The position numbers and the translations under genes are program-made. Shown one piece after another: positions 43,667-56,483 of a stretch of 64,000 nt of DNA. The first letter of the stretch is position 1. Each line of letters begins with the position of its first letter. Under the pieces are notes generated by a model. The model had not been told where the DNA came from, searched no databases, and saw only the letters and a list, made by a program, of their open reading frames with translations. Origin of the DNA: Polaromonas sp. Lineage in GTDB: Bacteria; Pseudomonadota; Gammaproteobacteria; Burkholderiales; Burkholderiaceae_C. The DNA is taken from NCBI GenBank assembly GCA_030650875.1, contig JAUSDK010000229.1:9357-73356 (forward strand), read 5' to 3'.

Positions 43667-45389
43667 AAGCGTTCGCTACACGTCCAGCCCCCTGCTTGCC
43701 AGCAAAACACCGGTCTGGCGCAGTAAATTCATTGTCGCCAGCTTCGCGCTGGCTTTCATCGGGCTGGCTGGACGGGCGGCCTACATTCAGGTGGTCGCCA
43801 ATGAATTCTTTCAGCGCCAGGGCGAGGTTCGCTTTGCCCGGACGCTGGATCTGCCGGCCAACCGTGGCCGCATTCTGGATCGCAATGGTCTGATTCTGGC
43901 CTCCAGCGTGCCGGCGTCCAGCATCTGGGCTATTCCCGAAGACGTTGAAGCGACGCCTGCCCAACTTGCCGACTTGGCCGGCTTGCTTGAAATGCCCCAG
44001 GCTGAACTGAAAAAAAAGCTGGGTGATGACAAAAACTTTGTATGGGTCAAGCGCCAGCTTGATGAGCCCGTGGCCCAAAAAATTCATGCACTGGGCATCA
44101 AGGGTATTTATCAGCGCAAGGAATACAAGCGCAAGTATCCCGAGGGTGAGACCATTGCACACGTCGTGGGGTTCACCAATGTAGAGGACAAGGGTCAGGA
44201 AGGCATTGAGCTGACTTTTAACAAGGCGCTGGCCGGCAAGGCCGGTTCCCGGCGCGTGATCAAAGACCGGCTGGGCCGCGTGGTCGAAAACGTCGGTGAG
44301 CAGGTGCCGCCGGTCGAGGGTCAGGACATCCAGCTGAGCGTCGATAGCAAGGTGCAGTTCTTTGCCTACCAGAAGCTGCGCGATGCCGTGATTGCGAACA
44401 AGGCCAAGGCCGGCAGCGTGGTCGTGCTGGATACGATCACGGGCGAAGTGCTGGCGCTTGCCAACTACCCGAGCTATGTGCCTGACAAGCGTCAGAACCT
44501 CACCGGCGAACAACTGCGTAACCGCGCCATGACCGACACCTTTGAGCCCGGCTCGACGATGAAGCCGATCACTGTCGCGATGGCGCTGGAAGCAGGACGT
44601 GTCAAGCCCCAGACCCTCATAGAAACCGGTCCGGGCCGCTTCAGCATCGGCGGCTTCACCATCAGCGATACCCACAACTATGGCTCGCTGACCGTTGAGG
44701 GCGTCATTCAGAAGTCCAGCAATGTCGGCGCGCTCAAGATTGCGCAAAAAATGACGCCTAACGAGATGTGGGATACCTACGTCGCGCTCGGTTACGGGCA
44801 GAAGCCGCAAATCCAGTTTCCGGGTGCGGTGACGGGTCGGCTGCGGCCCTGGAAAACCTGGCGGCCGGTCGAGCAAGCGACCATGTCCTATGGCTATGGG
44901 CTGTCTGCCTCGCTGTTCCAGATGGCCCATTCGTACACCTCTTTTGCGCACGATGGACAAATCATTCCGGTCACGATGCTCAAGAGCGCCGAGCCCGCTG
45001 TTGGCGCCAGAGTGTTTTCTGCAGAGAACGCGCGTGCGGTGCGCCGGATGCTGCAGATGGCTGCGGCGCCGGGCGGTACGGGTCCGCTGGCGCAGACGAT
45101 TGGCTATTCGGTCGGCGGCAAGTCAGGCACTGCACACAAGCAGGTAGGCAAAGGCTATGCCAGCAATAAATACCGTGCCTGGTTTACCGGCATGGCGCCG
45201 ATCGAGTCGCCACGCATCATCGTCGCGGTGATGATCGACGAGCCGAGCGCTGGTAAATATTTCGGCGGTCTTGTGGCTGCCCCGGTATTTAGCGAGGTGG
45301 TACAGCAGACGCTGCGCATGATGGGTGTGCAGCCGGATATCAGCGTCAAGCCAAACATCGTCACGCAGGCCGTGGAGGAATCGTTTTGA
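43659..45389 (+). CDS. ftsI: Penicillin-binding protein 3
   Basis: RGRILDRNG, EPGSTMK (SxxK), SSN, KSGT. Confidence 0.96.
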   Translation: MSKSVRYTSSPLLASKTPVWRSKFIVASFALAFIGLAGRAAYIQVVANEFFQRQGEVRFARTLDLPANRGRILDRNGLILASSVPASSIWAIPEDVEATPAQLADLAGLLEMPQAELKKKLGDDKNFVWVKRQLDEPVAQKIHALGIKGIYQRKEYKRKYPEGETIAHVVGFTNVEDKGQEGIELTFNKALAGKAGSRRVIKDRLGRVVENVGEQVPPVEGQDIQLSVDSKVQFFAYQKLRDAVIANKAKAGSVVVLDTITGEVLALANYPSYVPDKRQNLTGEQLRNRAMTDTFEPGSTMKPITVAMALEAGRVKPQTLIETGPGRFSIGGFTISDTHNYGSLTVEGVIQKSSNVGALKIAQKMTPNEMWDTYVALGYGQKPQIQFPGAVTGRLRPWKTWRPVEQATMSYGYGLSASLFQMAHSYTSFAHDGQIIPVTMLKSAEPAVGARVFSAENARAVRRMLQMAAAPGGTGPLAQTIGYSVGGKSGTAHKQVGKGYASNKYRAWFTGMAPIESPRIIVAVMIDEPSAGKYFGGLVAAPVFSEVVQQTLRMMGVQPDISVKPNIVTQAVEESF

Positions 45390-46873
45390 CCGTGCAACTC
45401 CACACGCCCGAGCAGGCCGCCCGCTGGCTGCAGGAGCGCGTCACCGGCACACTGTCTGCTGACAGCCGCAAACTGGCCGACGGCGACGGTTTTATTGCCT
45501 GGCCCGGCGCGGCAACGGATGGGCGTAAATTTGTCGGCGCGGCGCTTGCAGCGGGTGCGCGTGCCTGCCTGGTTGAGCACGAAGGTGCGGATGCCTATGG
45601 CTTCAGTGATGAACGGGTGGCGACTTATGCGGGGCTGAAGGCTGCGACAGGGCCCATTGCGCACGCCTATTTTGAAGCACCGAGCCGGCATTTGCAGGTC
45701 GTGGCGATCACGGGAACCAACGGCAAGACCTCTACGGCCTGGTGGCTGGCGCAGGCGCTGGGCAGCTTGGGGCGCAAATGCGGCGTTGTGGGCACCTTGG
45801 GCATCGGTGAGCCAGGGGCCATGGTCTCCAATGGCATGACCACGCCTGATCCGGTGCTGCTGCAGCAGCAGCTTCGGCGTTTTGTGGATCAAGGGTTCAC
45901 CGCGTGCGCCCTTGAAGCGTCCTCCATTGGCATCGAGGAGCGGCGCCTGGAGGCGACCTCCATCCAGGTGGCTGTTTTCACCAATTTCACGCAGGACCAT
46001 CTCGATTACCACGCCTCCATGCAGGACTATTGGCGCGCCAAGGAATTGCTGTTTAGCTGGCCAGGGCTGAAGGCTGCGATCATCAATACGGACGATATCA
46101 AGGGCATGGAGTTGAGCGCCGCACTGGCGGGCAGTTCCCTGGACGTCTGGACCTTTTCATGTGCCGGGCCGGCGCGCCTGCAGGCGTGCGATATTCATCA
46201 TGGGACGCATGACTTGAGTTTTGTGGTGGCGGAAGGTGCGGAACGCCACCGTATTTCAACCCGACTGGTCGGCAAATACAACGTGTCCAATCTGCTGGGT
46301 GTCATGGCGGCCCTGCGTGCCATGGGCGTGCCGCTGGCTGATGCGGTGGGCGTCTGCGCCGGGCTTTTGCCGGTACCCGGTCGTACCGAGATGATTGCCA
46401 TGGACGGCCTGCCGCTGGTGGTCATCGACTATGCACACACCCCTGATGCGCTTGAGAAAGTACTTGTCGCGCTCAAGCCGGTGGCCTTGTCGCGCGGCGG
46501 CCAGCTCTGGTGCGTTTTTGGCTGCGGCGGGGATCGTGACGCCAGCAAGCGTCCGCTGATGGCCGTCATGGCCGAAAAAAATGCGGATCAGATCGTCGTG
46601 ACCAGTGACAACCCGCGCAGTGAAAATCCGCTCGCCATTGTCAGCCAGGTCCTGCTGGGCTTGAGTCACCGGGATGCCGTGCATGTACAGGTCGACCGCG
46701 CTGCCGCAATTGCCCATGCGCTGCGCCTGGCGCGGCCCGAGGATGTGGTCTTGCTGGCAGGCAAGGGCCATGAAAATTCCCAGGAGGTGGCAGGCGTGAT
46801 GATTCCGTTTTCTGACCGCGCGCATGCCCAGGCTGCTCTGGCGGCACGCCAGGCAAGCGGAGGCGCCGCATGA
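45386..46873 (+). CDS. murE: UDP-MurNAc-tripeptide synthetase
   Basis: TGTNGKTS, DHLDYH, DYAHTPD, DNPR, AGKGHE. Confidence 0.96.
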   Translation: MTVQLHTPEQAARWLQERVTGTLSADSRKLADGDGFIAWPGAATDGRKFVGAALAAGARACLVEHEGADAYGFSDERVATYAGLKAATGPIAHAYFEAPSRHLQVVAITGTNGKTSTAWWLAQALGSLGRKCGVVGTLGIGEPGAMVSNGMTTPDPVLLQQQLRRFVDQGFTACALEASSIGIEERRLEATSIQVAVFTNFTQDHLDYHASMQDYWRAKELLFSWPGLKAAIINTDDIKGMELSAALAGSSLDVWTFSCAGPARLQACDIHHGTHDLSFVVAEGAERHRISTRLVGKYNVSNLLGVMAALRAMGVPLADAVGVCAGLLPVPGRTEMIAMDGLPLVVIDYAHTPDALEKVLVALKPVALSRGGQLWCVFGCGGDRDASKRPLMAVMAEKNADQIVVTSDNPRSENPLAIVSQVLLGLSHRDAVHVQVDRAAAIAHALRLARPEDVVLLAGKGHENSQEVAGVMIPFSDRAHAQAALAARQASGGAA

Positions 46874-48270
46874 TGAGCTTGCAGCAAGCCCTGGGCTGGT
46901 TGCCATCCGCCCGGCTGGTGGGCGATGGCCAGGTGCGCGTGTCGCGTGTGCACACCGATACCCGCAGCCTGCAGGCGGGCGATCTGTTTGTCGCGCTGCG
47001 CGGTGAACGGTTTGATGCCCACGAATTCTTGCCCCATGCCGGGGCGCAAGGCGCTGTTGCCGCGATCGCGCAGCACGGACTGCTGGAGGCTGGCCTGCCA
47101 GGCCTGGAGGTGGCCGATACCCGGTTGGCGCTGGGCCAGCTGGCGGCTGGCTGGCGCGCACAGTTTGACTTGCCGCTGATTGCCGTGACCGGAAGCAACG
47201 GCAAGACCACCGTGACGCAGATGGTGGCCGAGGTGCTGCGCGCCTGGAAGCCGGACGCGGCATTTTCCACCGAAGGTAACCTCAACAACGATATTGGCGT
47301 GCCATTGACGCTGCTGCGCCTGCGTGCATCGCACCAGGTGGGTGTGGTTGAGCTCGGCATGAACCACCCGGGCGAAATTGCCTATTTGGCGGCAATCGCC
47401 AAACCCACCGTTGCACTGGTCAATAACGCGCAGCGGGAGCACCTCGAATTCATGGCCACGGTGGACGCGGTGGCCCGGGAAAACGGTGCCGTGATTGAAT
47501 CGTTGCAGGCGGATGGAATCGCGGTGTTTCCTGCCGATGACGACTACACCCCGGTCTGGCGCGCGCTGGCGGGCGCGCGCCGGGTGATGACATTTGCGCT
47601 TTCCGGTCCGGCCGATGTCACGGCCCAGGCGCACTGGGACGGCGAGTGCTGGCAAGTCAAGGCAAGCACCCCCGCAGGCCCGCTGGCATTCGCCTTGCAC
47701 ATTGCCGGTCGGCACAACGTCAAAAACGCCTTGGCTGCTGTGGCCTGCACGCTTGCTGCGGGTGTGCCATTGCGCTTCATCTCAGCGGGCTTGTCCACTT
47801 TTTCTCCGGTCAAGGGGCGCTCTCGTGCGGTTGCCGTGCGGCTGCAGGATCGGGTCATCACGCTGGTGGATGACACCTACAACGCCAACCCCGACTCCAT
47901 GCGCGCTGCCATTGAGGTGCTGGCCGAGTTGCCCGCACCGCGCCTGCTGGTGATGGGCGACATGGGCGAGGTGGGCAACCAGAGTCCGCAGTTTCACGAC
48001 GAGGCCGGCCAGCATGCCCGGGCGATGGGCATAGAAAATCTCTTCACCCTGGGCGAGCAGGCGCAACGGGCGGCCAGCGCATTTGGCCCGGGGCGCCATT
48101 TCAGCGACATGGACGCGCTGGTCGCGGCCGTGCTGGCCGAATTGCCGCATTCGGCCAGCGTGCTGGTCAAGGGATCCCGCTTCATGAAGATGGAGCGGGT
48201 GGTTCAGGCCATTTCAGCGCTGGCGCCCGATCAAATTTCACCACACAAGAAAGCGCCTCATGCTGCTTAG
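46870..48270 (+). CDS. murF: UDP-MurNAc-pentapeptide synthetase
   Basis: [33 protein letters not shown]. Confidence 0.96.
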   Translation: MMSLQQALGWLPSARLVGDGQVRVSRVHTDTRSLQAGDLFVALRGERFDAHEFLPHAGAQGAVAAIAQHGLLEAGLPGLEVADTRLALGQLAAGWRAQFDLPLIAVTGSNGKTTVTQMVAEVLRAWKPDAAFSTEGNLNNDIGVPLTLLRLRASHQVGVVELGMNHPGEIAYLAAIAKPTVALVNNAQREHLEFMATVDAVARENGAVIESLQADGIAVFPADDDYTPVWRALAGARRVMTFALSGPADVTAQAHWDGECWQVKASTPAGPLAFALHIAGRHNVKNALAAVACTLAAGVPLRFISAGLSTFSPVKGRSRAVAVRLQDRVITLVDDTYNANPDSMRAAIEVLAELPAPRLLVMGDMGEVGNQSPQFHDEAGQHARAMGIENLFTLGEQAQRAASAFGPGRHFSDMDALVAAVLAELPHSASVLVKGSRFMKMERVVQAISALAPDQISPHKKAPHAA

Positions 48271-49438
48271 CCTGGCCCAGTGGCTCCAGACCTTATCGCC
48301 TGAGTTTGGATCATTCAGGGTATTTCAGTACCTGACATTTCGCGCCGTCATGGCCGCGCTGACCGCATTGCTGATCGGCCTGGTCGCCGGCCCGTTCGTG
48401 ATTCGCCGGCTCATTTCACTCAAGATTGGCCAGCCGATCCGTGAGTACGCGATGGAGACACACCTGAGCAAAAGCGGTACGCCCACCATGGGGGGCGTGC
48501 TGATCCTTTTGTCCATCGGGATTTCGACGCTGCTGTGGTTTGACCTGTCCAACCGTTTTGTCTGGATTGTGCTGATCGTGACCCTGGGTTTCGGTGCGAT
48601 CGGCTGGGCAGACGACTGGCGCAAAGTCGTGCTGAAGGACCCGGAAGGCATGCGTTCGCGCGAAAAATACATGTGGCAGTCGCTGATCGGGCTCCTGGCG
48701 GCGCTCTACCTGGTGTTCAGCATCTCGGAAAGCTCCAACATGCGCGTGCTGGAACTGTTTGTCAGCTGGGTGCAGTCGGGGTTTGATGTGAATTTGCCGC
48801 CCAAGGCCGGACTGTCGGTTCCCTTCATGAAGGAAGTGAGCTATCCGTTGGGCGTGTTTGGCTTTGTGATCCTGACCTATCTGGTGATCGTGGGTTCCAG
48901 CAATGCCGTCAACCTGACGGATGGGCTTGATGGGCTGGCCATCATGCCCGTGGTCATGGTGGGCTCGGCGCTGGGCGTGTTCGCCTATGTGACCGGCAGC
49001 TCGGTCTATTCCAAATACCTTCTTTTTCCGCACATTCCGGGTTCGGGCGAACTGCTCATATTTTGTGCCGCCATGGCGGGTGCGGGGCTGGCTTTCCTGT
49101 GGTTCAACACGCATCCGGCCCAGGTGTTCATGGGTGACGTCGGAGCATTGGCCCTGGGCGCCGCACTGGGCACTATTGCGGTCATTGTTCGCCAGGAGAT
49201 CGTGCTGGCCATCATGGGCGGCATTTTCGTGGTCGAGGCCCTCTCTGTGATGATGCAGGTGGTCTATTTCAAATACACCAAAATGCGCTTCGGCCAAGGG
49301 CGACGCATCCTCAAGATGGCGCCGCTGCACCACCACTTCGAGAAAAGTGGCTGGAAGGAACCCCAGGTGGTGGTCCGTTTCTGGATCATCACCATGCTGC
49401 TGTGCCTGGTCGGTCTTTCCACCCTCAAGCTCAGATGA
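48260..49438 (+). CDS. mraY: Phospho-MurNAc-pentapeptide transferase
   Basis: [30 protein letters not shown]. Confidence 0.97.
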   Translation: MLLSLAQWLQTLSPEFGSFRVFQYLTFRAVMAALTALLIGLVAGPFVIRRLISLKIGQPIREYAMETHLSKSGTPTMGGVLILLSIGISTLLWFDLSNRFVWIVLIVTLGFGAIGWADDWRKVVLKDPEGMRSREKYMWQSLIGLLAALYLVFSISESSNMRVLELFVSWVQSGFDVNLPPKAGLSVPFMKEVSYPLGVFGFVILTYLVIVGSSNAVNLTDGLDGLAIMPVVMVGSALGVFAYVTGSSVYSKYLLFPHIPGSGELLIFCAAMAGAGLAFLWFNTHPAQVFMGDVGALALGAALGTIAVIVRQEIVLAIMGGIFVVEALSVMMQVVYFKYTKMRFGQGRRILKMAPLHHHFEKSGWKEPQVVVRFWIITMLLCLVGLSTLKLR

Positions 49439-50940
49439 AACAACTGGCCCACAAAACCATTCTTGTGCTGGGGCTGGGCGCTTCGGGCCTGGCGCTGGCG
49501 CGCTGGTGCGCGCGCTGGGGTGCGCAGGTCACGGTGGCCGATACCCGGGCTGCGCCGCCGCAGCTGGAGGCGCTGCGGTCTCATGTGCCCGCCGCCACGT
49601 TTGTGCATGCTGAAATGGGCGAAGCGCTGCTGGCAACGGCGGCATTTGACCTGGTCCTGAAAAGTCCGGGCCTGTCGCCGGCGTCAGTGGCTGGCGTGAT
49701 CAATGCCGCACAAGCCCGCGGCATCGCCTGCGGCAACGAGTTGAGCCTGTTCGCGCAGGCGCTGGCGGACCTGAAGGAAGATCAGGCCTATGCGCCGCAG
49801 GTGATCGCCATCACCGGAACCAACGGGAAAACCACCGTGACGACGCTGACCGCACTGCTGGTTCAGCGCGCGGGGAAATCGGTCGCGGTGGCCGGTAATA
49901 TTGGCCCCACCTTGCTCGACACGCTGGCAGAAAAAATGGATGAAAGCCTGGGCGGCCAGGCCCTGCCCGAGGTCTGGGTGCTGGAGCTGTCCAGCTTCCA
50001 GCTGGACCGGATCGACAACTTCGAGCCCACGGTGGCTGCAGTGCTCAACGTGACGCAAGACCACCTTGACTGGCACGAAACCTTGCCCGCGTACGTCGCC
50101 GCCAAGGCCCATGTCTATGGCCGTAGCGGCGTAATGTTGCTCAACCGCGATGATCCCCTGGTGATGGCTGCATTGCCGCCGCTGGTCAAGGGCAAGCAAC
50201 TGCGCAGCTACCTGACCTTCGGCAGCGACGAGCCGAAGCGGCCCGGAGACTACGGCATTGAAACCGTCAACGGCATGGCCTGGCTGGTGCGCGCGGCGGA
50301 AGCCGATGAAACCGTCAAGCGCCGCAAGCAGGAAGAAGTGGTGTTGTATGTCCAGCGCCTCATGCCTCTGGATGCCCTTCGCATTCGGGGCCGCCACAAC
50401 GCGACCAATGCCTTGGCGGCGCTGGGGCTGGCGGCAGCGGTGGGCTGCAACCTTGCGCCCATGCTGCACGGCCTGCGGGAATACCGGGGCGAGCCGCATC
50501 GTCTGGAGTCCGTGGCGGTCCTCAATGAGATTGAATATTTTGATGACAGCAAGGGCACCAACGTGGGGGCCACGGTAGCCGCCCTGGCGGGCTTGGGGGC
50601 TGACCGCAAGCTGGTCGTGATTCTGGGGGGTGAGGGCAAAGGTCAGGATTTTTCACCGCTACTGGCGCCCGTGTCACGCTACGCGCGCGCCGTGGTGTTG
50701 ATCGGACGCGATGCACCCCAGATCCGGTCTGCGCTGGAGGCCAGCCAGGTGCCGCTGCTCGATGCCGTGACCATGTCAGACGCGGTACGCCTTGCCGCGC
50801 AGCAGGCAAGAAGCGGCGATGCTGTGGTGCTGTCGCCCGCCTGCGCCAGTTTTGACATGTTTGACAACTACGAGCACCGGGCCCAGGCCTTTTGTGAAGC
50901 GGTGCAGTCGCTTGCCCACGAACAGGGAGCGGTGCTGTGA
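49435..50940 (+). CDS. murD: UDP-MurNAc-L-Ala--D-Glu ligase
   Basis: [35 protein letters not shown]. Confidence 0.96.
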   Translation: MKQLAHKTILVLGLGASGLALARWCARWGAQVTVADTRAAPPQLEALRSHVPAATFVHAEMGEALLATAAFDLVLKSPGLSPASVAGVINAAQARGIACGNELSLFAQALADLKEDQAYAPQVIAITGTNGKTTVTTLTALLVQRAGKSVAVAGNIGPTLLDTLAEKMDESLGGQALPEVWVLELSSFQLDRIDNFEPTVAAVLNVTQDHLDWHETLPAYVAAKAHVYGRSGVMLLNRDDPLVMAALPPLVKGKQLRSYLTFGSDEPKRPGDYGIETVNGMAWLVRAAEADETVKRRKQEEVVLYVQRLMPLDALRIRGRHNATNALAALGLAAAVGCNLAPMLHGLREYRGEPHRLESVAVLNEIEYFDDSKGTNVGATVAALAGLGADRKLVVILGGEGKGQDFSPLLAPVSRYARAVVLIGRDAPQIRSALEASQVPLLDAVTMSDAVRLAAQQARSGDAVVLSPACASFDMFDNYEHRAQAFCEAVQSLAHEQGAVL

Positions 50941-52190
50941 CGGCTGCGGCACGCCTTTCGGGCTGGTTTTCCGGTCTGGGCAAGGTCGCCTCGGACGCGC
51001 TGCCCGTCCGGCTGGGGGGGCAGAGCCTGCCCGGAACCCTGGCAAAGCCCGTGGGCATGGCAGGTTTTGACAAAGCCCTGGTCTGGGTCACCGTGGCGCT
51101 GCTGATGTGGGGGCTGATCATGGTGTATTCGGCCACGATCGCCATGCCTGACAACCCCAAATTTGCGCGTTATGCGCAAACCCATTTCGTGACGCGCCAT
51201 ATTTTGTCGCTGGCGGTGGCCTTCGTCATGGCGGTGCTGGCGTTTCAGGTGCCTGTGGCGACCTGGGAGAAACTGGCGCCCTGGCTGTTTGTCGGCTCGC
51301 TGGTGCTGCTGGTGCTGGTACTGGTGCCCTTCATTGGCAAGGGCGTCAATGGCGCGCGTCGCTGGATTTCACTGGGGCTCATGAACTTTCAGCCTTCAGA
51401 ACTCGCCAAATTTGCGGTGCTGCTGTATGCCTCTGATTACATGGTGCGCAAAATGGAAGTGAAAGAGCGCTTCTTTCGCGCCGTGCTGCCCATGGCGACG
51501 GCGGTTGCGCTGGTGGGCGTGTTGCTGCTGGCGGAACCCGACATGGGGGCGTTCATGGTGATTTCGGTCATCGCCATGGGCATTCTTTTTCTGGGCGGTG
51601 TCAATGCCCGGATGTTCTTTGTGATTGCCACCGTGGTGGTGGTGGCTTTCACCCTGATGGTGATGCTCAGCGAGTGGCGGCGTGAGCGGATTTTTGCCTA
51701 CCTCGACCCCTGGAGCGAGAAGTACGCCCTGGGCAAGGGCTACCAGTTGTCGCACTCCCTGATCGCGTTCGGGCGTGGCGAAATTTTTGGCGTGGGCCTG
51801 GGCGGTAGTATTGAAAAACTTCACTGGCTGCCCGAAGCGCACACCGACTTCCTGATGGCCGTCATCGGCGAGGAGTTTGGCCTGGTGGGCGTGGTGCTGG
51901 TGATCGGCTTGTTCCTGTGGATGACCCGCCGCATCATGAATATAGGCCGCCAGTCGATCGCGCTGGACCGGCTGTTTGCCGGACTGGTGGCGCAGGGCGT
52001 GGGGATCTGGATAGGTTTTCAGACCTTTATCAACATCGGCGTGAACCTGGGCGCCTTGCCGACCAAGGGCTTGACCCTGCCCTTGATGAGTTACGGCGGC
52101 TCCGCCATTGTGATGAACCTGATTTCACTGGCCGTCGTGCTGAGGATTGATTACGAGAACCGTATCTTGATGCGCGGAGGCCGTCCATGA
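50937..52190 (+). CDS. ftsW: SEDS peptidoglycan polymerase FtsW
   Basis: [30 protein letters not shown]. Confidence 0.96.
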   Translation: MTAAARLSGWFSGLGKVASDALPVRLGGQSLPGTLAKPVGMAGFDKALVWVTVALLMWGLIMVYSATIAMPDNPKFARYAQTHFVTRHILSLAVAFVMAVLAFQVPVATWEKLAPWLFVGSLVLLVLVLVPFIGKGVNGARRWISLGLMNFQPSELAKFAVLLYASDYMVRKMEVKERFFRAVLPMATAVALVGVLLLAEPDMGAFMVISVIAMGILFLGGVNARMFFVIATVVVVAFTLMVMLSEWRRERIFAYLDPWSEKYALGKGYQLSHSLIAFGRGEIFGVGLGGSIEKLHWLPEAHTDFLMAVIGEEFGLVGVVLVIGLFLWMTRRIMNIGRQSIALDRLFAGLVAQGVGIWIGFQTFINIGVNLGALPTKGLTLPLMSYGGSAIVMNLISLAVVLRIDYENRILMRGGRP

Positions 52191-53269
52191 GCCGCCAGCC
52201 TTGCGCCCTCATCATGGCCGGTGGTACCGGAGGACATATTTTTCCGGGCTTGGCCGTGGCCGAAGCCTTGCGCGAGCGCGGCTGGCGCGTGCACTGGCTG
52301 GGCGGGCGCGGTAGCCCCAGCCAGCCCAGCATGGAAAGCCAGCTGGTGCCGCCGCGCGGTTTTGCCTTCGAGTCCGTTGAGTTTTCCGGTGTGCGCGGCA
52401 AAGGCCCGGCCAGCCTGGTGCTGTTGCCCCTGCGGCTGCTCAAGGCTTTCTGGCAGAGCGTGCGCGTGATCCGGCGCGTCAAGCCTGATGTGGTGGTGGG
52501 CCTTGGGGGCTACATCAGCTTTCCGGCCGGCATGATGAGCGTGTTGTTGGGCAAGCCGCTGGTCCTGCACGAGCAAAATTCCGTGGCAGGCATGGCCAAC
52601 AAGGTGCTGGCAGGCGTGGCCGACCGTGTGTTTACGGCCTTCCCTGACGTGCTGAAGAAAGCCGAGTGGGTCGGCAATCCCCTGCGCCCCGCCTTTCTCG
52701 GCCAGCCCGGCCCCGAGGCCCGTTTTGCCGGTCGCAGCGGGCCGCTCAAGCTGCTGGTGGTGGGCGGCAGCCTGGGCGCCAAGGCCCTGAACGAGCTCGT
52801 GCCGCTGGCCCTTGCACTGATTCCCGAGATCAATCGTCCGCAGGTCACGCATCAAAGCGGCGCCCGCCAGATCGAGGACCTCCGCGCCCATTACAAAGCG
52901 GCCGGCGTGCAGGCTGAACTGACGCCCTTCATTGAAGACACCGCCCAGGCCTTTGCCGACGCAGACCTGATTATTTGCCGCGCTGGCGCCAGTACGGTGA
53001 CCGAGATTGCTGCCGTGGGGGCTGCGGCGCTGTTTGTGCCTTTCCCGTCGGCGGTGGACGACCACCAGACCACCAATGCCCGGTTTCTGGTGGAACGCGG
53101 CGGCGGCTGGCTGGTGCAGCAACGCGACCTGACCATTCCTATACTGGCAGATATGCTACAAAAAACAGAGCGAACTGCCCTTTTGAAATTTGGGTTAAAC
53201 GCTAAAAATATGCAAAAAACTGAAGCTACCATCCGTGTCGTGGCCGCTTGCGAGGAGCTGGCGGCATGA
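52187..53269 (+). CDS. murG: Lipid I GlcNAc transferase
   Basis: [33 protein letters not shown]. Confidence 0.97.
   Translation: MSRQPCALIMAGGTGGHIFPGLAVAEALRERGWRVHWLGGRGSPSQPSMESQLVPPRGFAFESVEFSGVRGKGPASLVLLPLRLLKAFWQSVRVIRRVKPDVVVGLGGYISFPAGMMSVLLGKPLVLHEQNSVAGMANKVLAGVADRVFTAFPDVLKKAEWVGNPLRPAFLGQPGPEARFAGRSGPLKLLVVGGSLGAKALNELVPLALALIPEINRPQVTHQSGARQIEDLRAHYKAAGVQAELTPFIEDTAQAFADADLIICRAGASTVTEIAAVGAAALFVPFPSAVDDHQTTNARFLVERGGGWLVQQRDLTIPILADMLQKTERTALLKFGLNAKNMQKTEATIRVVAACEELAA
53155..53207 (-). repeat. Copy of dispersed 53-bp bipartite motif (inside murG)
   Basis: Reverse complement reads TTTTAGCGTTTAACCC-N20-GCTCTGTTTTTTGTAGC. Confidence 0.75.
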
Positions 53270-54693
53270 AGCACGCGATCAAACATATTCATTTCATCGG
53301 GATCGGTGGTTCCGGCATGTCCGGCATTGCCGAAGTGCTGCACAACCTCGGCTATGTCATTTCTGGCTCAGACCTCTCCGACAGCGCGACCCTGCGCCGC
53401 CTGGCCGGGCTGGGCATCCAGACGTTTGTGGGCCATGCTGCCGCCAACCTGGTCACCGTCGACGCGGTGGTGACCTCTACCGCTGTGCAGGCAGACAACC
53501 CTGAAGTCCTCGCGGCGCGTGAAAAGCACATTCCCGTGGTGCCGCGCGCCCTGATGCTGGCCGAGCTGATGCGCCTCAAGCAAGGCATTGCGATTGCCGG
53601 CACCCACGGCAAAACCACCACCACCAGCCTGGTCGCGAGCGTGCTGGCCGAAGGCGGCATGGACCCGACCTTTGTCATTGGCGGCCGGCTCAACAGCGCG
53701 GGTGCCAACGCCAAGCTCGGCCTGGGCGATTACATCGTGGTCGAGGCAGACGAGTCGGACGCTTCCTTTTTGAACCTGTTGCCGGTGATGGCGGTGGTCA
53801 CCAATATCGATGCCGACCACATGGAAACCTATGGGCATGATTTTGGCAACCTGAAAAAGGCGTTTGTCGATTTTCTGCACCGCATGCCTTTTTATGGCAC
53901 GGCGATTTTGTGCACCGATGACCCGGCCGTGCGGGACATCGTGCCCGAGGTGTCCTGCCCTATCACCAGCTATGGTTTTGGGGAGGACGCGCAGGTGCGA
54001 GCGGTCAACGTGCGGGCCGTGGGGGCGCAAATGCATTTCACGGCGCAGCGGCGCAACGGCGTCACGCTGCCCGACCTCGACGTTGTGCTCAACCTGGCGG
54101 GCCAGCACAACGTGCTCAATGCCTTGTCGGCGATCGCGATCGCGGTGGAGCTCAATGTGCCTGATGCCGCCGTGCAAAAAGCCCTGGCCGAATTCAGAGG
54201 CGTGGGCCGGCGTTTTCAGAGCTACGGCGATCTGCCTGCAGCAGGCGGGGGCCATTTCACCGTGATCGAGGATTACGGTCATCACCCCGTTGAAGTGGCC
54301 GCCACGCTGGCTGCTGCCCGCGGGGCTTTTCCCGGTCGGCGTCTGGTGCTGGCATTTCAGCCCCACCGCTATACCCGCACGCGGGACTGCTTTGAGGATT
54401 TCGTCAAAGTGCTGGGCCATGCGGATGCCGTCTGGCTGGCCGAAGTCTATGCGGCGGGCGAGGCGCCGATTGTGGCCGCCGACGGCCGGGCGCTGTCGCG
54501 GGCCTTGCGCGTGGCGGGCAAGGTGGAGCCGGTATTCGTGGACGGGATCGAGGCGATGCCGCAAGCCATTGTGGACAACGCCCGCGATGGCGATGTCGTC
54601 ATGTGCATGGGCGCGGGATCCATCGGGCTGGTTCCGGGGAAAGTCGTGGACATGCTGCAAACAACCGCGCTGACGGCGCCTGCGGGGCATTGA
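53266..54693 (+). CDS. murC: UDP-MurNAc--L-alanine ligase
   Basis: [35 protein letters not shown]. Confidence 0.97.
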   Translation: MKHAIKHIHFIGIGGSGMSGIAEVLHNLGYVISGSDLSDSATLRRLAGLGIQTFVGHAAANLVTVDAVVTSTAVQADNPEVLAAREKHIPVVPRALMLAELMRLKQGIAIAGTHGKTTTTSLVASVLAEGGMDPTFVIGGRLNSAGANAKLGLGDYIVVEADESDASFLNLLPVMAVVTNIDADHMETYGHDFGNLKKAFVDFLHRMPFYGTAILCTDDPAVRDIVPEVSCPITSYGFGEDAQVRAVNVRAVGAQMHFTAQRRNGVTLPDLDVVLNLAGQHNVLNALSAIAIAVELNVPDAAVQKALAEFRGVGRRFQSYGDLPAAGGGHFTVIEDYGHHPVEVAATLAAARGAFPGRRLVLAFQPHRYTRTRDCFEDFVKVLGHADAVWLAEVYAAGEAPIVAADGRALSRALRVAGKVEPVFVDGIEAMPQAIVDNARDGDVVMCMGAGSIGLVPGKVVDMLQTTALTAPAGH

Positions 54694-54695
54694 CC

Positions 54696-55673
54696 ATGAA
54701 CCTGCACACCCCTAATTTTGGCAAGGTCGCCGTGCTCATGGGCGGGCTGTCTGCTGAACGTGAAATTTCCCTGATGTCGGGCCAGGGCGTGCTGCAGGCG
54801 CTGCGCGCGCGCGGCATCGACGCCCACGCGTTTGACCCGGCCGAGCGCGATATCGGCGCGCTCAAAACCGAAGGATTTTCCCGTTGCTTTATCGCGCTGC
54901 ATGGCCGCTTCGGTGAAGACGGCACCGTGCAGGGCGCGCTGGAACTGCTGGGCATTCCCTATACCGGCTCCGGCGTCATGGCATCGAGCATGGCGATCGA
55001 CAAAGTCATGACCAAGCGCGTGCTGCTCTCCGAAGGACTGCCTACCCCCCGGTATGTGCTGCTTCGCCAGGGAAACTACCAGCCAGCCGACATCAATTCC
55101 GTGCCGGATGACCTGGGGCTGCCGCTCATCGTCAAGCCCGCACGCGAGGGTTCTTCCATTGGCCTGACCAAGGTCAGCGAGCGGGCCGGCATGGGCGAGG
55201 CCGTGGCGCAGGCGGCCCAACTCGATGCCGACATCCTGTGCGAGCAGTTCATCAGCGGCGACGAGGTGACCTGCCCGGTGCTCGGAACCGGCGCCGCAGC
55301 GCGCGCCCTGCCGGTCATTCGCATCGTGGCGCCAGAAGGCAACTACGACTACCAGAACAAATATTTCACTGACACCACGCAGTATCTGGTGCCCTGCGGC
55401 CTGCCGGAGGGGGAAGAGGCGGCCATTCAGCAACTGGTGCTGAGTGCTTACCGCACCCTCAACTGCCGCGGCTGGGCACGCGCTGACGTGATGATTGACA
55501 AGGCCACGCGCAAGCCCTACCTGCTGGAGATCAACACGTCCCCTGGCATGACCAGTCACTCGCTGGTGCCCATGTCGGCACGGGCTGCGGGCATTGGCTA
55601 TGAAGACCTCTGCATTGAAGTGCTCAAGACCGCCACGCTCGACTATCAACTACCTGCAGGAGCTCCCAGGTGA
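54696..55673 (+). CDS. ddl: D-alanine--D-alanine ligase
   Basis: [33 protein letters not shown]. Confidence 0.96.
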   Translation: MNLHTPNFGKVAVLMGGLSAEREISLMSGQGVLQALRARGIDAHAFDPAERDIGALKTEGFSRCFIALHGRFGEDGTVQGALELLGIPYTGSGVMASSMAIDKVMTKRVLLSEGLPTPRYVLLRQGNYQPADINSVPDDLGLPLIVKPAREGSSIGLTKVSERAGMGEAVAQAAQLDADILCEQFISGDEVTCPVLGTGAAARALPVIRIVAPEGNYDYQNKYFTDTTQYLVPCGLPEGEEAAIQQLVLSAYRTLNCRGWARADVMIDKATRKPYLLEINTSPGMTSHSLVPMSARAAGIGYEDLCIEVLKTATLDYQLPAGAPR

Positions 55674-56479
55674 GTCGCACCATGCCACTGCAAAACGCCG
55701 TGCCCTTGCCGCCGGACGTCAAGCTCATGAACGCCTTGTCGGTGTTTTTGGGTCTGGTGTTTGCGGCCATGGTGCTGGCGCTGGCCGTGGCCTGGTTGAT
55801 GCGCCAGTCGCTGTTCAACCTGAGCGCCATTCATGTACAGGGCGATTTGACCCACAACAACGCCTTCACCTTGCGTGCCAATGTGGCCCCCAAGCTGGCC
55901 GGCAATTTCCTGACGGTGGACATGGATCACACGCGTGCTGCCTTCGAGCAGGTGCCCTGGGTTCGCCGCGCAGTCGTGCAGCGCGAATTCCCCAACCGTC
56001 TGAAGGTGGTTCTTCAGGAGCACAACGCCGTTGCCTACTGGGGTCCCGAGGAAGATGTGCGCCTGGTCAACGATTTTGGCGAAGTGTTTGAAGTCAACCA
56101 GGGTGACGCGCAAGCCGACGGCCTGCCGCTGCTCGGTGGACCGCAGGGCCAGGCGCTAGGGGTCCTGCAGACCTACCAGGCGCTGTTCCCGATGTTCAAG
56201 GAGATGGGTGCGGTGCTGGAGCAACTGCAGCTCAGTGGCCAGGGAAATTGGCACGCGCAGCTCGACAGCGGCGCCACGATTGAGCTGGGACATGGTTCAA
56301 CGCAGGAGATCACGGCCCGCACACGCCGCTTTATCGCCACGCTGAAGCAGGTTTCCGCGCGCTTTGAAAGAAATCTGGAGTCCGCCGACCTGCGCTATGG
56401 CAACGGTTATGCAATCAAGCTCAGGGGCGTCACCACGCTGGATCCCGGTGACCAGAACGACGGAAAGAAGAAAAGGTAA
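55670..56479 (+). CDS. ftsQ: Cell division protein FtsQ
   Basis: TM helix, POTRA (PWVRRA..FPN), DLRYGNGYA. Confidence 0.93.
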   Translation: MSRTMPLQNAVPLPPDVKLMNALSVFLGLVFAAMVLALAVAWLMRQSLFNLSAIHVQGDLTHNNAFTLRANVAPKLAGNFLTVDMDHTRAAFEQVPWVRRAVVQREFPNRLKVVLQEHNAVAYWGPEEDVRLVNDFGEVFEVNQGDAQADGLPLLGGPQGQALGVLQTYQALFPMFKEMGAVLEQLQLSGQGNWHAQLDSGATIELGHGSTQEITARTRRFIATLKQVSARFERNLESADLRYGNGYAIKLRGVTTLDPGDQNDGKKKR

Positions 56480-56483
56480 ATAC

